A program made the translations under genes and the position numbers. A stretch of 64,000 nucleotides of DNA, from the NCBI RefSeq assembly GCF_009834535.1, contig NC_045697.1:7194001-7258000 (forward strand). Direction: 5' to 3'. Under the pieces are notes generated by a model that saw only the letters and a program-made list of their open reading frames with translations, did no database searches and was not told where the DNA came from. Shown piece after piece: positions 24,075 through 37,404 of the stretch (its first letter is position 1; every line of letters begins with the position of its first letter). Source of the stretch: Camelus ferus (taxonomy: Eukaryota).

Positions 24075-24235
24075 GGTTGACCCTTGAACAATGTGGATTT
24101 GAACTGCACGGGTCCACTTACGTGTGGATTTTCTCAGCAGTAAATACTGTAGTGCTACACCGCCTGGTTGGTTCAATCCGCAGATACTGACAGAGAGGAA
24201 GCTTGGAATGGAGGAACGAGGGATACCGGGAGAGA
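24075..24235 (+). mobile_element. Tigger2/MER8-like TcMar fragment
   Basis: gttgacccttgaacaatgtggatttgaactgcacgggtccacttacgtgtggatttt matches the recalled Tigger2 terminus. Confidence 0.8.
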
Positions 24236-24249
24236 CAAAGAGTATGGGA

Positions 24250-24378
24250 ATACGATAAAGCAAATACAATAAAATATTAAAAGCTAGTGGATCTGGTAAA
24301 AAGGATATACGTAACTTTTCTATACATGTCTTGCAACTATTCTGTTCATTTGAAGTTATTTCAAAATAAAAAGTAAAG
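24250..24378 (+). mobile_element. L1MC/ME 3' end
   Basis: tcttgcaactattctgttcatttgaagttatttcaaaataaaaagt. Confidence 0.7.
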
Positions 24379-24634
24379 AGAGGGAGAGAGATTTGTATGC
24401 AATTGTGCAGCTGTTAAGCTGTGTATGCAAGGCTGGCTCCGCATCTGATCCTGAAGTTCAAAGTTTACAGGGAGTACAGTCAGTGAGGAGGGATCACCAG
24501 GAGGCTGGGGAGGAGTCCTATGGGTTCATGTCAGGATTAGGAGACCATGAAGTTATCTTGTATTTATACTCCCTTTGTCGGACATGTAGGCAAGGTAAAC
24601 TGGCATCTCCTCAGCTGCCCAGAGCGTGGGGAGG

Positions 24635-24985
24635 CGCTCAGTGAAGCCACGCAGGACCCAGGCTCTTCCAGTTTCTACTCCACAATGCGCAGCACGCAGT
24701 TCTCACCCTCCGGGTTACGAGATGGCTGTGCTGCACCTGGCCGCTGGTTCCATGCTCCAGGCAGAAAGAAAGCGGTGATAAGGAAGAAGGCAAGTTCCTA
24801 CAGCTGGAGGAAAAAGGCTTTCTTAAAGCTCAACAGGAGACCACAGTTCATGTCTCATTGCTCAGAACAGTATGGAATGTCTACGCCTACCGTCAGGGAA
24901 GGCTGTGAATTGGGGTTTGGAGGGTTTGTCTTCCTGTGGACGTGCTACTGGTCCAAACAAAACTAGCCCTCTGTTAGAGAAGTGA
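24635..24985 (-). mobile_element. Old MaLR LTR (MLT1J/K-like)
   Basis: caggacccaggctcttcc...agatggctgtgctgcacctgg...gtctcattgctcagaac...agggaaggctg. Confidence 0.6.
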
Positions 24986-25569
24986 GAAGAGACAGAGACT
25001 GGACAGGTGAACAGCGCTGACTGTCAGAGGACGATCAGGGAGGGGCTTTCTGAAAAAGAGACACCAGAGACCTGGAGCAGGGTGGTCGTGCGTGGAGGTG
25101 TTGGAAGTGGTGGAGTCCAGATGCATTCGGAAGGTAAAGCAATCAGGGCCTGCAGAGAGATTTTATGTGGAGTGGTACGGAAGAAGTTAAGCAAACAAAC
25201 AAACAAATTCATGAGCCATTCTTGATTTAGGGTAGGATTGGGATGTTGAACTTCCTGGATTTAGTGACAGTGTCACAGGACTCAGGACTCAGGACTCCAT
25301 GCTTCACTCTTACTTCTCGGTGATTCTGTACAAAATGAAATCCCCCAAAAAGCAAACAACCTATCTTCTCTGAGCCCCAGCCTCCTCCTATGCAAAATTA
25401 GGAGATTGCTGTCATGTTAGGTTTGTTCTGAGAATTACTCGGGATCTTATATAAGAATGATTCAGCTTTCTTCCTCAGTCCCTGACCTGGGAAAGTCCTC
25501 TCTTTTTTTGAAGACCCAGACGACTCTGATATCAGACTTAGACAGTGGTTTAGAAACAACCTGATATTG

Positions 25570-25820
25570 CGGAAAGGGCCAGACTCCTGCATCAGACAGA
25601 TGTGATCTCAAAACCTGCTTCTTATCAGCAACGTGACTATGAGTGACTTAACTTTTCCCAACCACAGTCTGACAAATGCAGAACAAACAGAGTGACACTT
25701 ACATTGTGGGCTTACTCAGAGCTTTTTGGGAGAATTAAATGAACTTAAATATAAAATATAGCACTTAAAATTTGTAGTCCAAGATCTGGTACATGGCACA
25801 TAGATTCTTGTTCAGTGTTC
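25570..25820 (+). mobile_element. MIR SINE
   Basis: gtgactatgagtgacttaac...gagaattaaatga...agcacttaaa...tctggtacatgg. Confidence 0.55.
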
Positions 25821-26494
25821 ATTCTCCACCATCAAGATAAGTAGGGAGATACAAGCAGAGATAGAGATAAATTATTCAGATTGAAGCCGTTGGATTTTCT
25901 GTGATACTGGGTTCTTAACCAAGGCCTGGTGGACAAATTTTTGCTAATTATTATATTTATTTTTTTTAATTAATTAATTTATTTTTTTTGAGAAACCCCG
26001 TGTCTCATCCTGGAAATTCTTACTGTTGCCACAGCGCTTTGGAATTAGCAGGTCTGGAAACTTTCAGTGGAGAACAACCCAAGGTGGTTTACAGCACCTT
26101 ACAGTCTTGGAATGATGCAAGTAAGGGACTCTAAAAAAAAAAAAATGTACAGGAATTCGCTAGGAAGGAAGAGATGGATTTCCCTTGAGCCAAGTTTCAG
26201 TGGTGAAATGATGTCATGAAAAGAGAGGCTTTGTATTTTAAATGACACACATGGAACGCCTCCCTGTTCAACCTGCTCCGCACTCGGGGCTGTCAGCACA
26301 AATCAGTCCTGAGACGGTCCACCAAGGCACCAGGCCGGCCGTGGCGTCTGACAGGAAGACTGTCAGGGAACTGAGTCGTGCCTTACATGTAGAAAGCCTC
26401 CTGTCATCAGACTAATCACGGAGCCTTTTCCTTGTGACTAATGGGTAGTTTTCTTTAATCTCCAGAAACCTCTGATCAATTAACTGCTATTTAA

Positions 26495-26600
26495 GCCAAT
26501 CAAGGAAATTGAGAAATGGGGTTTAATTAGCTTCCTGAAGGTTACACACAGTGTCAGTCAGCAGAGAACTCAAAAGTGGAACTCAGGGCAGAAGAGGTAG
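26495..26600 (-). mobile_element. MIR fragment
   Basis: aaggaaattgag...cctgaaggttacacacagtg...gaactcagg. Confidence 0.5.
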
Positions 26601-27363
26601 ACGTGGGAAGAGTGAAAACGAGGTGACAGCCAAGTGGCAGTGAAGACTCACGCAGGCAGTGGGAGACGGGACACTCCCTGCCCACCACCGGAAGCCCACC
26701 AGGTCCTCCTTCGAGGAAAGCAGCTTCTCCATTGAACAATTAACTTTGCGTTGGTGTTCTTAAAGCACGTTTCAGTTCACCACTTGTTCCTTCCTAGGTC
26801 AGTACATGGCCCCATCAGCCCTCCTCTTAACCCCACTGCGTGATTGTGCGGAATTCATGGTACAGCACGGGTGATGAATCGATGGTGAAGATTCCTGGCT
26901 CTAATGCCCATGAAGGCTTTAGCCAGAGCCCAGCACACCTGAGGGCCAATGATTAGCCACTGTCCTCATTGTGATCTGCCCCCAGATTCTATCCGTGCCA
27001 ACTCCCTGGCATTACTGAAATTGGTTTTCCTTTCTCTGTCCCTTGTGTTCTGTTTACCTTCTCCCTCCTCTCTGAGTTTTTGGTGGCTTTACCACGTGGT
27101 TAGTCTGCAACCCTGACCTATCTCTCCAGCGTCCCCCCAGTATCATCCTGGTTTAGCATCTCTTCTTCAGAGTTTTTCGGGGTCCTGCCAAGCTCCTGAT
27201 TCAGTTGATTTATTTCCATACAATTTGTTTTCCTGTGACAAGGGATGATATTCACTCATAGGGATGCCTCACTATGTTTCTCGGCCAGTCTAAGCATTTG
27301 TTTCTCCATGTGTGATGCTGAAAAATCCTGGGATAGATCGATGGTTTTGATCTCTTCGGTTAG

Positions 27364-27430
27364 TGTATAAGTTTCCTATTACTGGTGTAACAAATTACTA
27401 TAAATCTAGCTGGTTGTAACAGCACGTTTT
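27364..27430 (-). mobile_element. MLT1 3' terminal fragment
   Basis: tgtataagtttcctattactggtgtaacaaattactataaa. Confidence 0.65.
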
Positions 27431-27524
27431 GATCATCTTTATTCCTCTCTCTCCGATCTCTCCCCCCTGCCGTACTTTCTTTCTTCCTAAGAAATTTCAA
27501 AGACAATGGCTTACAGTTTAGATA

Positions 27525-27725
27525 GAGGCCATAGAACAAACATTTAGAGAAAGCTTTCACTGCATGCATTATCTCAAAAGATTCTTACAAGTCCTCATGA
27601 TGGTGTTTAAGGCATTATCCTTATTTGCAGATGAGAAAACTAAAGTTGCACAGCGTGACTAAGGTCACATACTCGTTCCATGAAATCACACCCCAGGTCT
27701 TCCAGCCGCTCTCCTCTTTGCACTA
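27525..27725 (-). mobile_element. MIR SINE
   Basis: attatccttatttgcagatgagaaaactaaag...actaaggtcacatac. Confidence 0.7.
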
Positions 27726-28689
27726 GACCACCCCTTCTCCCTGGTCGCCATTCCATCCCTGGTATGGTTTCCTTCTGAAATTCACAGTGTGTTATTTCAT
27801 CTCTGAACACATCTTTGGAAGCTCTTAATTTTTTGCCAGGAAGATTAACAGGCAAAATGTACTTTCTGGAAACTATTATTGATGGAACTTCCCTAACCAG
27901 GGTCATAGACTGGTTCTATTTATTACTGAGAGTGTGTGATTCACTTTTCTTCTTTGGCAAAAATAAATGGAACAAAAGGAAAGTGGACAACCTGGAATCC
28001 ATGGGAGCTCACATTCTAAGACCCTGGGAGTCCAACTTCCAACCTGCAGGCCAAATGAGAGCCAATGGAACTGGACATGGATTCCACCTGAGATTCGTAG
28101 TGCATTCAACATTTTCCCTAATTAGCCAGCACACATGAACTCGGAGGCCAGCAGGCTCAACCACATGCCCAGATACCACATCTCACTGACACTTCAGACA
28201 AGAGGCCATAGATCAAAGACAAGTTCCACTGGAGCTGAAAGCTTCATTTAGAACCGCTCAAGTTGACTTCCATTACAATGAAAAGTCTTGAAACAGAAGC
28301 TGTGAGAAAGACACTGACAAGAGAGAGGCAGGATGGTGCAGGAGAAAGGGTACAGGTTCCATGTTAGAAGTGGATGGTCCATGGCTTTGGTCCTGATCAC
28401 AGCATCCTCTGAGGGCTTAACCACATCAGTATTTTTGTCTGCTATTCTCAAACTTTTTACCATTTAATTTCACCACTCTGGGTATAACTGATTATGCTGT
28501 GGAACAGTTTTCAGGTGACCATGAATATGCTTGACATTGTCAATACTAACCACTCATGAGGTCACCGTGCAACAGGCCTCCTGACAGAGACACTTCATAT
28601 TGGATGAGGACAAATGCACTCACTTACGTACTGCTTATTGGAGCATAATAACGTGAAGGACAGAAGCATCCTATTGGTGTTCATTCATA

Positions 28690-30920
28690 CCAATTCCTCT
28701 CTCCTCATTCCTCCAACATCTCTTCCTCCTGACATTCAGCTGCTAATCACATTTCTAATTTTACTGAGAAAATAGGAACACTCAGAAGATTTGAACAAAC
28801 TCATGAACAAATTGCCTCAACTATTACATCCGGCTACCATCATCCATACTCATAAGCTCTGTTTTCACTCCTGCTAACTTGTACAGGTGAATTGTCCCTG
28901 TCCCTCTCCACGGCTAACCCCTCCCCTTGTGTCCTAGGTCTCTTTGTGCCTCTCCAAGGACACTACTTCATGGGTTTACCTCTTCTTTCTTCTGCATCAT
29001 TTTCTCCTTCTATCCTGTAACATAATCATCAAGATAGAAAACATCATAGTTTCTACAACTGAAAAAATATATATATATCCTTCCTGACTTGACTTATTTT
29101 CCCAGCTCTTACAATCCTCTCTTCCTCTTTATAGGAGAACTTCTCAAAAGAGATTCTTGTACTTAGTGTTTCCAGTCTCTCCACTCCCGCTATTATTTTT
29201 TTTTTTAATGAGCTCTAATGAGATGTTCATTCCTACACTCCACCAAAACTCCTTCATAAGCTCATCAATGACTTCTGTGATGCTCAGTCCTGTGGCCAGT
29301 TCCCATTTGACTTACCAGCAGCATTCAGTAGGGGTAGTCACCCCCTCTTCCTTGAAAGACTGTCTTCAGTTAGGTTCTAAGACATTACATTTCCTTGATG
29401 CTCCTCACCACGTCCCAGATCCCTCCTCCTCCGTCTCCCTTGCTGATTCTTTCTCTGTTCCTGACACTGGAGCCACTCTGGGCTCAGCCACTGGTTTTTG
29501 TCTGCTTTCTGTCTATACTCACTCACTTGTTGATTTTAGCCAGTTTAATGGTATTGGATCCCACTTGTGTGTCAAAGGCTCCCAATCTTAAATCTCTAGT
29601 CCAGACTTCTTCTTTGAACTTTAAATTTATATGTCCAACTGTCTACTGGTCATCTTCACTTGGTTATAAAATGGATATCTCCAGCCTAACAAATCTGAAC
29701 CTGAACTCCTGATCTCCTCTGAGCACACTGAGACTCTGTAAGTCTTATTCGTCTCAGACAATGGAAACTCACTCTTTTCAGGTGTTCAGGCCAAAAACAA
29801 ACACACACAAAAACAAACAACTCTTAGTATCGGCCTTCTCTCATTTCTTTCTTTCTCTCTTTCTTTTTTAAATGTAATTCCATTTATATGAAATGTCAAG
29901 AGGCAAACCTACAGAAACTGAAACATGAGTGGGTGCCCGGGACTGGGAGTGGGAACGGGGAATGACTACACGTAGACAGGAGGGTCCTTTTTGGCGTGAG
30001 GACAGTGCTGTAAAATTGAATTGGTGGTGATGGTTGCACAACTTAATTAAAACAGGTGAATTTTAGGATATGTACATTATAACTGAACTTATATTTTAAA
30101 AAAAGTCACACCCCAACTATAAATTGATGAGGCCTCAAAACCCTGTAGGAATATTTGCATTTTACTCAGTTCATCAGGAAATCCTAAGTCCTTCCTTCAA
30201 AAGAGTAGGTCCATAATTTGATTCCCTCTCACCAATTTACCATATTAACCAGCTTAGGCCTGGTTAGTCCATGCTTTGCTTATTGCAATATCTTCTTAAT
30301 GCATCTTTCTGTTTCCATCTTCACCCTCCTGCCATCTATCCCCAACCCAAGAGCCAGAGTGATCTTGTTACAAGATAAGTCTGATCATGCCATGTCTCTG
30401 CTTTATAAAACCTCCTTGAAGTAGCCTATTAGACCCTACGTAATCTGACCACTGTTAAGTCTCTAACCCCGCAGGTTTATTCCACATCAGCCACACTGGC
30501 GTTCCTCTGCTCATTGAACCTGACAAGCGTGTTTTTGGTCCACGGGCCTTAGTAATTTTTATTCTCTCTGACTAGGAGATTGACTGATTCCTCACCTCCA
30601 TTAACTATTTTCCTAAATGTCACCTCCCAAGGTTGAGGACCTACATGAACACTCTATGTAAAATCACACACCCAGCACGTCATTTCTTTCCTTTTTAAAA
30701 TAATTTCGGTCTATAGCTTTTATCACCTTCAGTGCCCTGTATGGATCATTTATGATTTTATTTATGTCTGCCTTTCCAACCTAGAATAAAAGCTTTTGGA
30801 GAGGAAGGCTTTTTGTCATTTTTGTTTGTTGGTATAGACACAGCACTTAAAATGATGACTGAACCCAGGAAGCGCACATTAGAGCTGTTTGCAAAAAAGG
30901 GAATGTGTGAATAAATGGAC
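28690..30920 (+). mobile_element. L2, about 2 kb, interrupted by an L1 3' end
   Basis: ctccaccaaaact, ttgacttaccagcagcattc, tctctagtccagactt...tgtccaactgtctact, agccagagtgatctt, cagccacactggc, ends gtgaataaatggacgaa. Confidence 0.85.
29868..30105 (+). mobile_element. L1MB/ME 3' end nested in L2
   Basis: attccatttatatgaaatgtc...gtggtgatggttgcacaact...gtgaattttaggatatgtacattata. Confidence 0.8.
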
Positions 30921-30934
30921 GAAATAGACTTCTC

Positions 30935-33480
30935 AGAGAATATGAAGAGAGCCTTTTCACGAGCTTTCTTTTTATTTCTAAACAAAAATTACATGTGACG
31001 GGAAATTTATTTATGATAAAGGTGACATCACAGTTCACCCCGAGATACATCAGAAAAAAAATGAATTGATGCATATGTACAAAATTACTTGTTGAAGTAC
31101 TATTTATAATAGCAAAAAGTAAACATAAATAAATAAGCTATCCAGATGTCCAACAGTCTGGTGTCAGTTGAATAAACTATGTTATGTGTACACAACGGAA
31201 CAGTCATAATGAAATGATAAAAAAGTATGAGGAAGCTGTGTACTGATGTGGAGCCTCCTCCATGAGATACTGTTAAGCACAAGAAGCTCAAAGTGCAGGG
31301 TGACCTACGAAGTTTTGAGCGTGCTTGAGAAAGACAAGTCATGTGAAATACAAAATATTATACATATGTATGTGTGTGTGTGTACACTCTTATATTTGTT
31401 AAACGCTGTAAAGATAAACTAAAAACTGATCAAAACATGGTTATCTATATAGAAGGAAGTGAAAATTCTCTCTTATGTATTTCATGTATAGTTTTGGCTT
31501 TGGAAATAGAAAATGTTTCACAGATCCAAAAATATGAAACTAAGTAAAAAAAAAAACCAAAAATAGTTCCTAAAATTTCAAAACAACTTAAGACAAAGGA
31601 AAGTATTATCAAGTTGGTGATGTAATTGCATCCAGAAAAATAATTATTTCAAGTTATTTTAGGAAACTAAATTTTAATTCTGCATGTCTAATGGGATATT
31701 TTCCAAAGACAAAGAGATTGGTCAAGAAATCTTAAAATACATACATGTGTTTAATTGTTAGTCGTGATACTGGCAGTGTTATACATAGAATGCATTAAGA
31801 AATTATCTTAATATTGTTGGTTACCAAGATTTTCTGCATAAAAGAAAAGAGGCATGAATTTAAAATCAAGAAGTTAGGTAAGCAAAAAAGAAAAAAAATC
31901 AAATATTGCATTTGCAAAGGAATATAAGAATAAAGCCATTAATTTTGTTTGTTTGTTAAAAGAAAACCCTTTACAACCAAAAAACGTCGAAGCAATGACA
32001 TGCTAATATCAATAAGCACACTTACTGCCCAAATGGTGATCCCTATCACCTTTTCACACTAAAAGTACCCAGCACTCCTTGGAGAAATGGTTAATAAATA
32101 TAAGGCAAGCATTGAATATTTTGTTGCACCAGGAGTTTTCAGAAGAACCAAGAACTCAATCAGGATGAGTCCCAGCTAGTAAAAGAAGGAACAGTTTGAG
32201 CATTAAATAGAGCATAAATTCAATTGATTGAGCTACATGGAATATTTAAAACTCTTGAGTTCATTATAATTTTTCCCACTCAGAAAATAAAGAAATTCCA
32301 TTCCCCTACTGTTACATTCCCCTCTTTCCACACCCCTCACCCCACCAATCAAGTTTATTGTACACTGTTGGAAGAAACTAGGTTACTCGGTACTTATTCA
32401 GAAATTTGGCAATTTAAAAAATAATTAAGCATTTAACATGTCTTTAGTGTATGGATTTGTATTTAAGTTTAATCAAATAGCCCTATAGGGCATTAAAAAG
32501 TTCCTCAGAGATGAATTCAAGCTAAAAAGTGGAGGAAATAAAATCAGAAAATCACCATTTGAAAACTCTAATAAAATAAAAGATTCAGAATGAAATCATT
32601 GGAGGAAAGGCTGATGAGGGAACTTTATAATGAAGAAATCGAGAATTACCACTTGAACCCACTGGTCCAGTTTAGCAACTCTGAACTTGGCACGTCTCAC
32701 TACTGCGTGCAATACGGAGGGTGTGGCACCGCCTGTGAGATACCTGTGCCAAGGAAGGTTGAATCCTAATATAATCAGAGCTCTGGAACTGATTTTCAAG
32801 AAAAAGGAAGCTAAAGAAACCAGCTGAATATCACAATAAGCAAAGAGATGAGTAAAGAATATGTGATGATCATATGGCCCAAACGAGGATTTTCTTGAGT
32901 TACAAATGGTTTTATCTAGGGTTGAAAAAATATACACAGCAGAACAGTCCCATGTAAACTGGGACTGTATATTATTTGGAATATAAATATTTTAAAGGAC
33001 AAGTATAATATTTTTCATAAATCAATATCAAAGGAAAAAAGAGGGGCTTAACAGATATTTGGCGGATGTGTTCTACAAAAAATAATACATATATATATTA
33101 TATATGTATAATATATATATACACACACATATAAAGACATTGTGGAGACAGAGAAATTTGATTATGTCCTTAGTGTTTTGATCCTGAGAAGGAATTAATG
33201 ATAATTTTATTAGGTGCTACCATGGCATTATAGTCTGTACCATTTTGTCCATAGTTTTTGGCAGCGAATACTAAAAAAAAAAAAAAAAAAAAATATAGGA
33301 ATGAAGTGGAGTCTTGGATTTGCTTTACTACAGCAACAAATTTTTAAAAAGAACGGATTCATCAGTTATGGAAAATAATTGACAACTGTTAAAAATCTGG
33401 GTAGTAGATTTGTAGATTTATTGGACAATTCACTTTACTTTTGTATATGTTTAAATACTTTCTAACAAATCTAAAAATAA
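30935..33480 (+). mobile_element. L1MC/MD-type long 3' region
   Basis: tatttataatagcaaaaa...aaataagctatccagatgtcca, cagcactccttggagaaatgg, taccacttgaacccactggtc, aggaaggttgaatcctaatataatcagagctct; A-rich. Confidence 0.75.
33085..33132. repeat. (TA)/(CA) microsatellite
   Basis: atacatatatatattatatatgtataatatatatatacacacacat. Confidence 0.8.
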
Positions 33481-33679
33481 CGAGTAACGTTAGACCTCTG
33501 GTGTGCTCCTATGTTCTGAAACATGATGAACCATTCTTGTCTTTTGCCACAAGCCCAGGAATGTCCTGCACTCTTAGAAGTGATGGGACCTCAAGGGACC
33601 ACAGCCTGGCACCGCTTTGGGACTCGACAGTCTTTTTTCATTAACTCCCGACAAAAGAAACTTAGGACCATAGTTTCCT

Positions 33680-33865
33680 TTCAACCAGTGGGAGTCAAAA
33701 CATAATACCTGAATTTGAATTCTAGCTCTATCGTTACCTGTGTGAACACTGGCATGTTTCTTTAGGCGTGGGATTCCTGTAATATACAATAATAAAATGA
33801 GCATAGTGTAGGACCTCTGGGAGAATTTAAGGTAATGTGTGTGAAACACGCATGCAGGGCTTGGC
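33680..33865 (+). mobile_element. MIR SINE
   Basis: ggagtcaaaac...cctgaatttgaattctagctcta...gggagaatttaaggtaatgtgtgtgaaac. Confidence 0.6.
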
Positions 33866-35010
33866 AGATTGCAGGTGATCTTTCCTTTCCTCACTTCCAG
33901 CAGAGCCATGACCAACACCTAGCGTCTTCTGAGTCACACCTGTAGTTATTGGAAAACTCAGCCACGTAACAAGTGATTTCCCACTGATTTTGCATCCCAT
34001 GATTAACGTATGCATCAACCCCTGCTTCTGGCAACACAACTCCAAGTCCAGTAGAGGTCATTCTGGGAACAAGGTTGGTTCCTATTAAATTAAAAGAAAT
34101 TACAACCTCTAAAAAAAAAATGCTGCTTTTGGAATGGACTAAAAAATACATACATGGAGGGTTCCAATATTGCAGTGTAGCAGATTGAAAATATAAACAG
34201 CACAGACGCTATCCCGTGAGTTTTTTCCAATGCTTAAATACTATTTTTTCTTAATCAAACTGAAATTTTTAAGAATAAATAAATAGAAAGAACCCAGAAC
34301 AGGCACATACTTTGTTTCTATTTAAGTTTAAAATAGACCATGGAGGAAAGCATCGCCTCCATTTCTCCTAATTAACCAGAGGTTTTGGTTGTGCTTGCCT
34401 GATGGTTTTCGTCCCCTTCTACCCAGGCACCAAAAGCTGTTTCTTCCTAACTTGGCATCACCAGATAGATGCTATTCTCAAATTTGGCTGTGAAAGCCGC
34501 TGTTTCTGGGGTACTGTATTATTTTTATAGCTGTTGTTTTGCTGAGACTCCAACAGCCCCAGTTTTCTAAGAAGCCTCCTAGTGACAGTCATTTGGATGA
34601 GGTAGGTATCCATATGCAATACGTCCCCTTCCATCCTCGTTCATTATAAGGTCAGGGGTCACTTGCCCCTTTTCAAGGAGAGTCACTGGGCTCTTCTTAC
34701 TTCTTCAGAAACCGGTCTTGGGAATTCCTCACCTTTTGTTAAATGAGCGTGCTCAAACACCATGTGTCCAGACTTCAAACTCGAAATAAGCACTCAAGGA
34801 TTTTGGTCATCTTCCTTCTGCTTCCTCTCTGGCCTCACCTTTTGCCTCTCCTAGAGATAATCGTCAGCCCAGCTTTACCAAAGTGTGAGGTCAGAGTCTC
34901 TTCAGAGATTTTCCTTCTGTGTACTAAACCTGTCGTCTTCTATCTGCCCAGCTACCTTTTACTCACCCTGTGGGCTACATCTCAAAAGCCTTCTATTCCA
35001 GGAAGTCTCG

Positions 35011-35510
35011 TGTATCAGTGTCCTGTGACTGCTGTAACAAATACCACAAACTTGGTGGCTTGAAACAACACATTTACTCTCATACAGTTTTGGAGGCCTG
35101 AAGTCTGAAATCCACATCACTGAGTCCAAGTTAAAGTGTTGGCAAAGCCTCCTTCCCCTTGGGGGCCCTGGGGGAGACTCTGGCCCCTGTCTCTTTCAGC
35201 TTCTGGTGGCTGCCAGCATCCCCTGGCTTGTGATCACATGGCTCCAATTTTTAAGGCCAGCATCTTCAATTTCTCTTCTCTGTCCCATCTTCACATTGCC
35301 TTTTCTTCTGAGTATCTTTCTGTCAAATCTCTCTCTGCCTCTCTTAGAAGGATAGTTGTGATTATATTTACTGCAACGTGTGTGAAATAGAGATGAACCC
35401 TCCATCTAAAGGTCCTAACTTCATCACATCTGCAGAGATCATTTATCCAAATAAAGTAGCATTTATACATTCCAGGGATTAGGACCTGATATATTTGGTG
35501 AAATATAAAT
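35011..35510 (-). mobile_element. MLT1C/D solo LTR
   Basis: tgtatcagtgtcctgtgactgctgtaacaaataccacaaacttggtggcttgaaacaaca...cacatctgcagag...ttccagggattaggac. Confidence 0.9.
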
Positions 35511-35669
35511 ATATTTCATTATTTATCCTGAACATCTTCGTCGCTCTATTCCTCCAGCTCTCTCTCTGCTTTCCAGGCTGGATTATGAACCTCTTCTCTG
35601 AATACTGATTTGAAACCTTGCATTTAAATTTCTCATGGTGCATATAGTGATGATGACAGTGTGGAGGCT

Positions 35670-35870
35670 GACAGTCAAGATACGCCGGTTGCTTGCAGTG
35701 TGCTGGGTGCTACTCTAAGAATCTCACAGGTATTACATGAATCAGTTCATACAGCATTTTAAGGTGCAATGTTTACCCTCATTTTTCAGATGCTGTAGCT
35801 CAAGTACCATGTCTAGTAAGTGGACTCACTGAGATTTGAACCCAGACAGGCTATTCCGGAGCCTGTGAAG
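35670..35870 (-). mobile_element. MIR SINE
   Basis: gtgtgctgggtgctactctaag...ctcatttttcagatg...gagatttgaacccagacagg. Confidence 0.7.
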
Positions 35871-37054
35871 TGTTGATTCGCCATCGTGAATATTGACTCG
35901 CCTGGTGTCTCCCCAGTTCACTGTAGAGCCCTGGAAGCTAGCCAGTACCCCCAGCTTCTGGCACACAGCTGATGCTCACGGATGTTTGGGGAATAAGTTT
36001 ATAAACAGATTATAAACCAGTTCTGTCATTAAATAGACACACAGCTTCAGACATGGGTGTCAACCTTTCTGGACCTCAACTATTTAATTAGGATGTTAGA
36101 CTTTGGATGACCATCACGATCCCTAATGTTTGATGAACAGGTCCTCTCAGATGTCCACTTGAGGTCTAAAATCTGATTACTGGATTCAGGTGACTGATTC
36201 ACTTGGTCCAGAATACTGAGCACGCAGTCCAGGGCAATGGGAATGTTTATCACACTGGGAGAGATTACTTTTGAAGGCGAAGTCATTATAGAATGTCTAT
36301 GTTCCAAAAGCTTTGAAGGAATGCCAGAAGTATTGATAACGTCTATTTTCCCAAGATGGACACATTACTTTTGTTGCTGGTGGGAAAGCCTGGCGTTTTT
36401 GAATTCTCTTGGAAGACTGTGTTTTATTCATTTATTGCCTGTCATCCCTGCAGCCTGACAACAGAGAATCATTCCACCTAGACAACCTACCCAAATCATA
36501 AATGAATACTAATATCTCAGTCTTGGGTTTGAGGACCCAGGTTGCACCCTTATATAACATTCTGCCAACGGGTTAATGAAATGTGAATCAAATAAATTCA
36601 GAAATTAACCTCAGATGTAAGAGCTGCATGCAAGCACATGCAGTTTGTGTTTTCTACCCAAGTCACTTCATAAACCATTTCTCAAATACTAGGATGTGAA
36701 CCCTCTAGACACTTATAAATATTAATTGACAATAAAGGGACATGCTGAAAAAGTTATCAAGAACGCTGTACGGTGCTGACTGGGTCTCTGAGAGCCCTCA
36801 AAGACTCTCTTCAGTTAGCACGAGAATCATGGAAACATGAGCCGAATGAAAGGCTTTAGGCTAAGCTCAGAATGGAGTTGCATACGATTAACTTCCATCA
36901 TCATTAATTTGTATTACGGTCAAATCCCCAGTGGCATGTGGCTGGAAGAAGTGCTCCTTTAGTGGCAAAATTGTGATGTCTTGTTCCTGTTGATGCGATT
37001 TCAGTTTGGGTTCCTGGCATGAGGTGATGATTCCATTGCTCAGAAGCTGCTTCT

Positions 37055-37215
37055 TTCAGTGGAAAAAAGCACAGGTTTGGAGACAAACAAGTCCAGATTC
37101 AAATCCCAGACACTGCTGGTTAGTTGTGTGGCTCTGGACGGACTGCCTGGCACCTCTTCCTGCAAAATAAGGGAAACGATGCCAGATTTAATGCAGACAG
37201 AAGTGGAAAGATGAG
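37055..37215 (+). mobile_element. MIR SINE
   Basis: gtggaaaaaagcacaggtttggagac...gattcaaatcccagacactg...agttgtgtggc. Confidence 0.65.
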
Positions 37216-37404
37216 ATGATGAGCAGGAGGGAGACTCCAAATGACCAGCGCTCCCATACTGAGTTTCTCCAGTAGGCTCCTGAGGGAGAAATGCTTTGGC
37301 AAAACCCTCCTCTCAAATCCACACAGAAAGTCCCTCTTTTTATGAACGATTTAGGCTTTGGTTCCAAATCTGTGTCTATGTTTTTTAATCTTGTTTTTTG
37401 TTAC

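Noticed and set aside
25264..25297. Palindrome gtgacagtgtcac and (caggact)x3
   Set aside because: Short local slippage or chance pattern; no array structure.
29157..29712. 144-aa and 105-aa ORFs
   Set aside because: Inside an L2 remnant; overlapping frames show decay rather than an intact gene.
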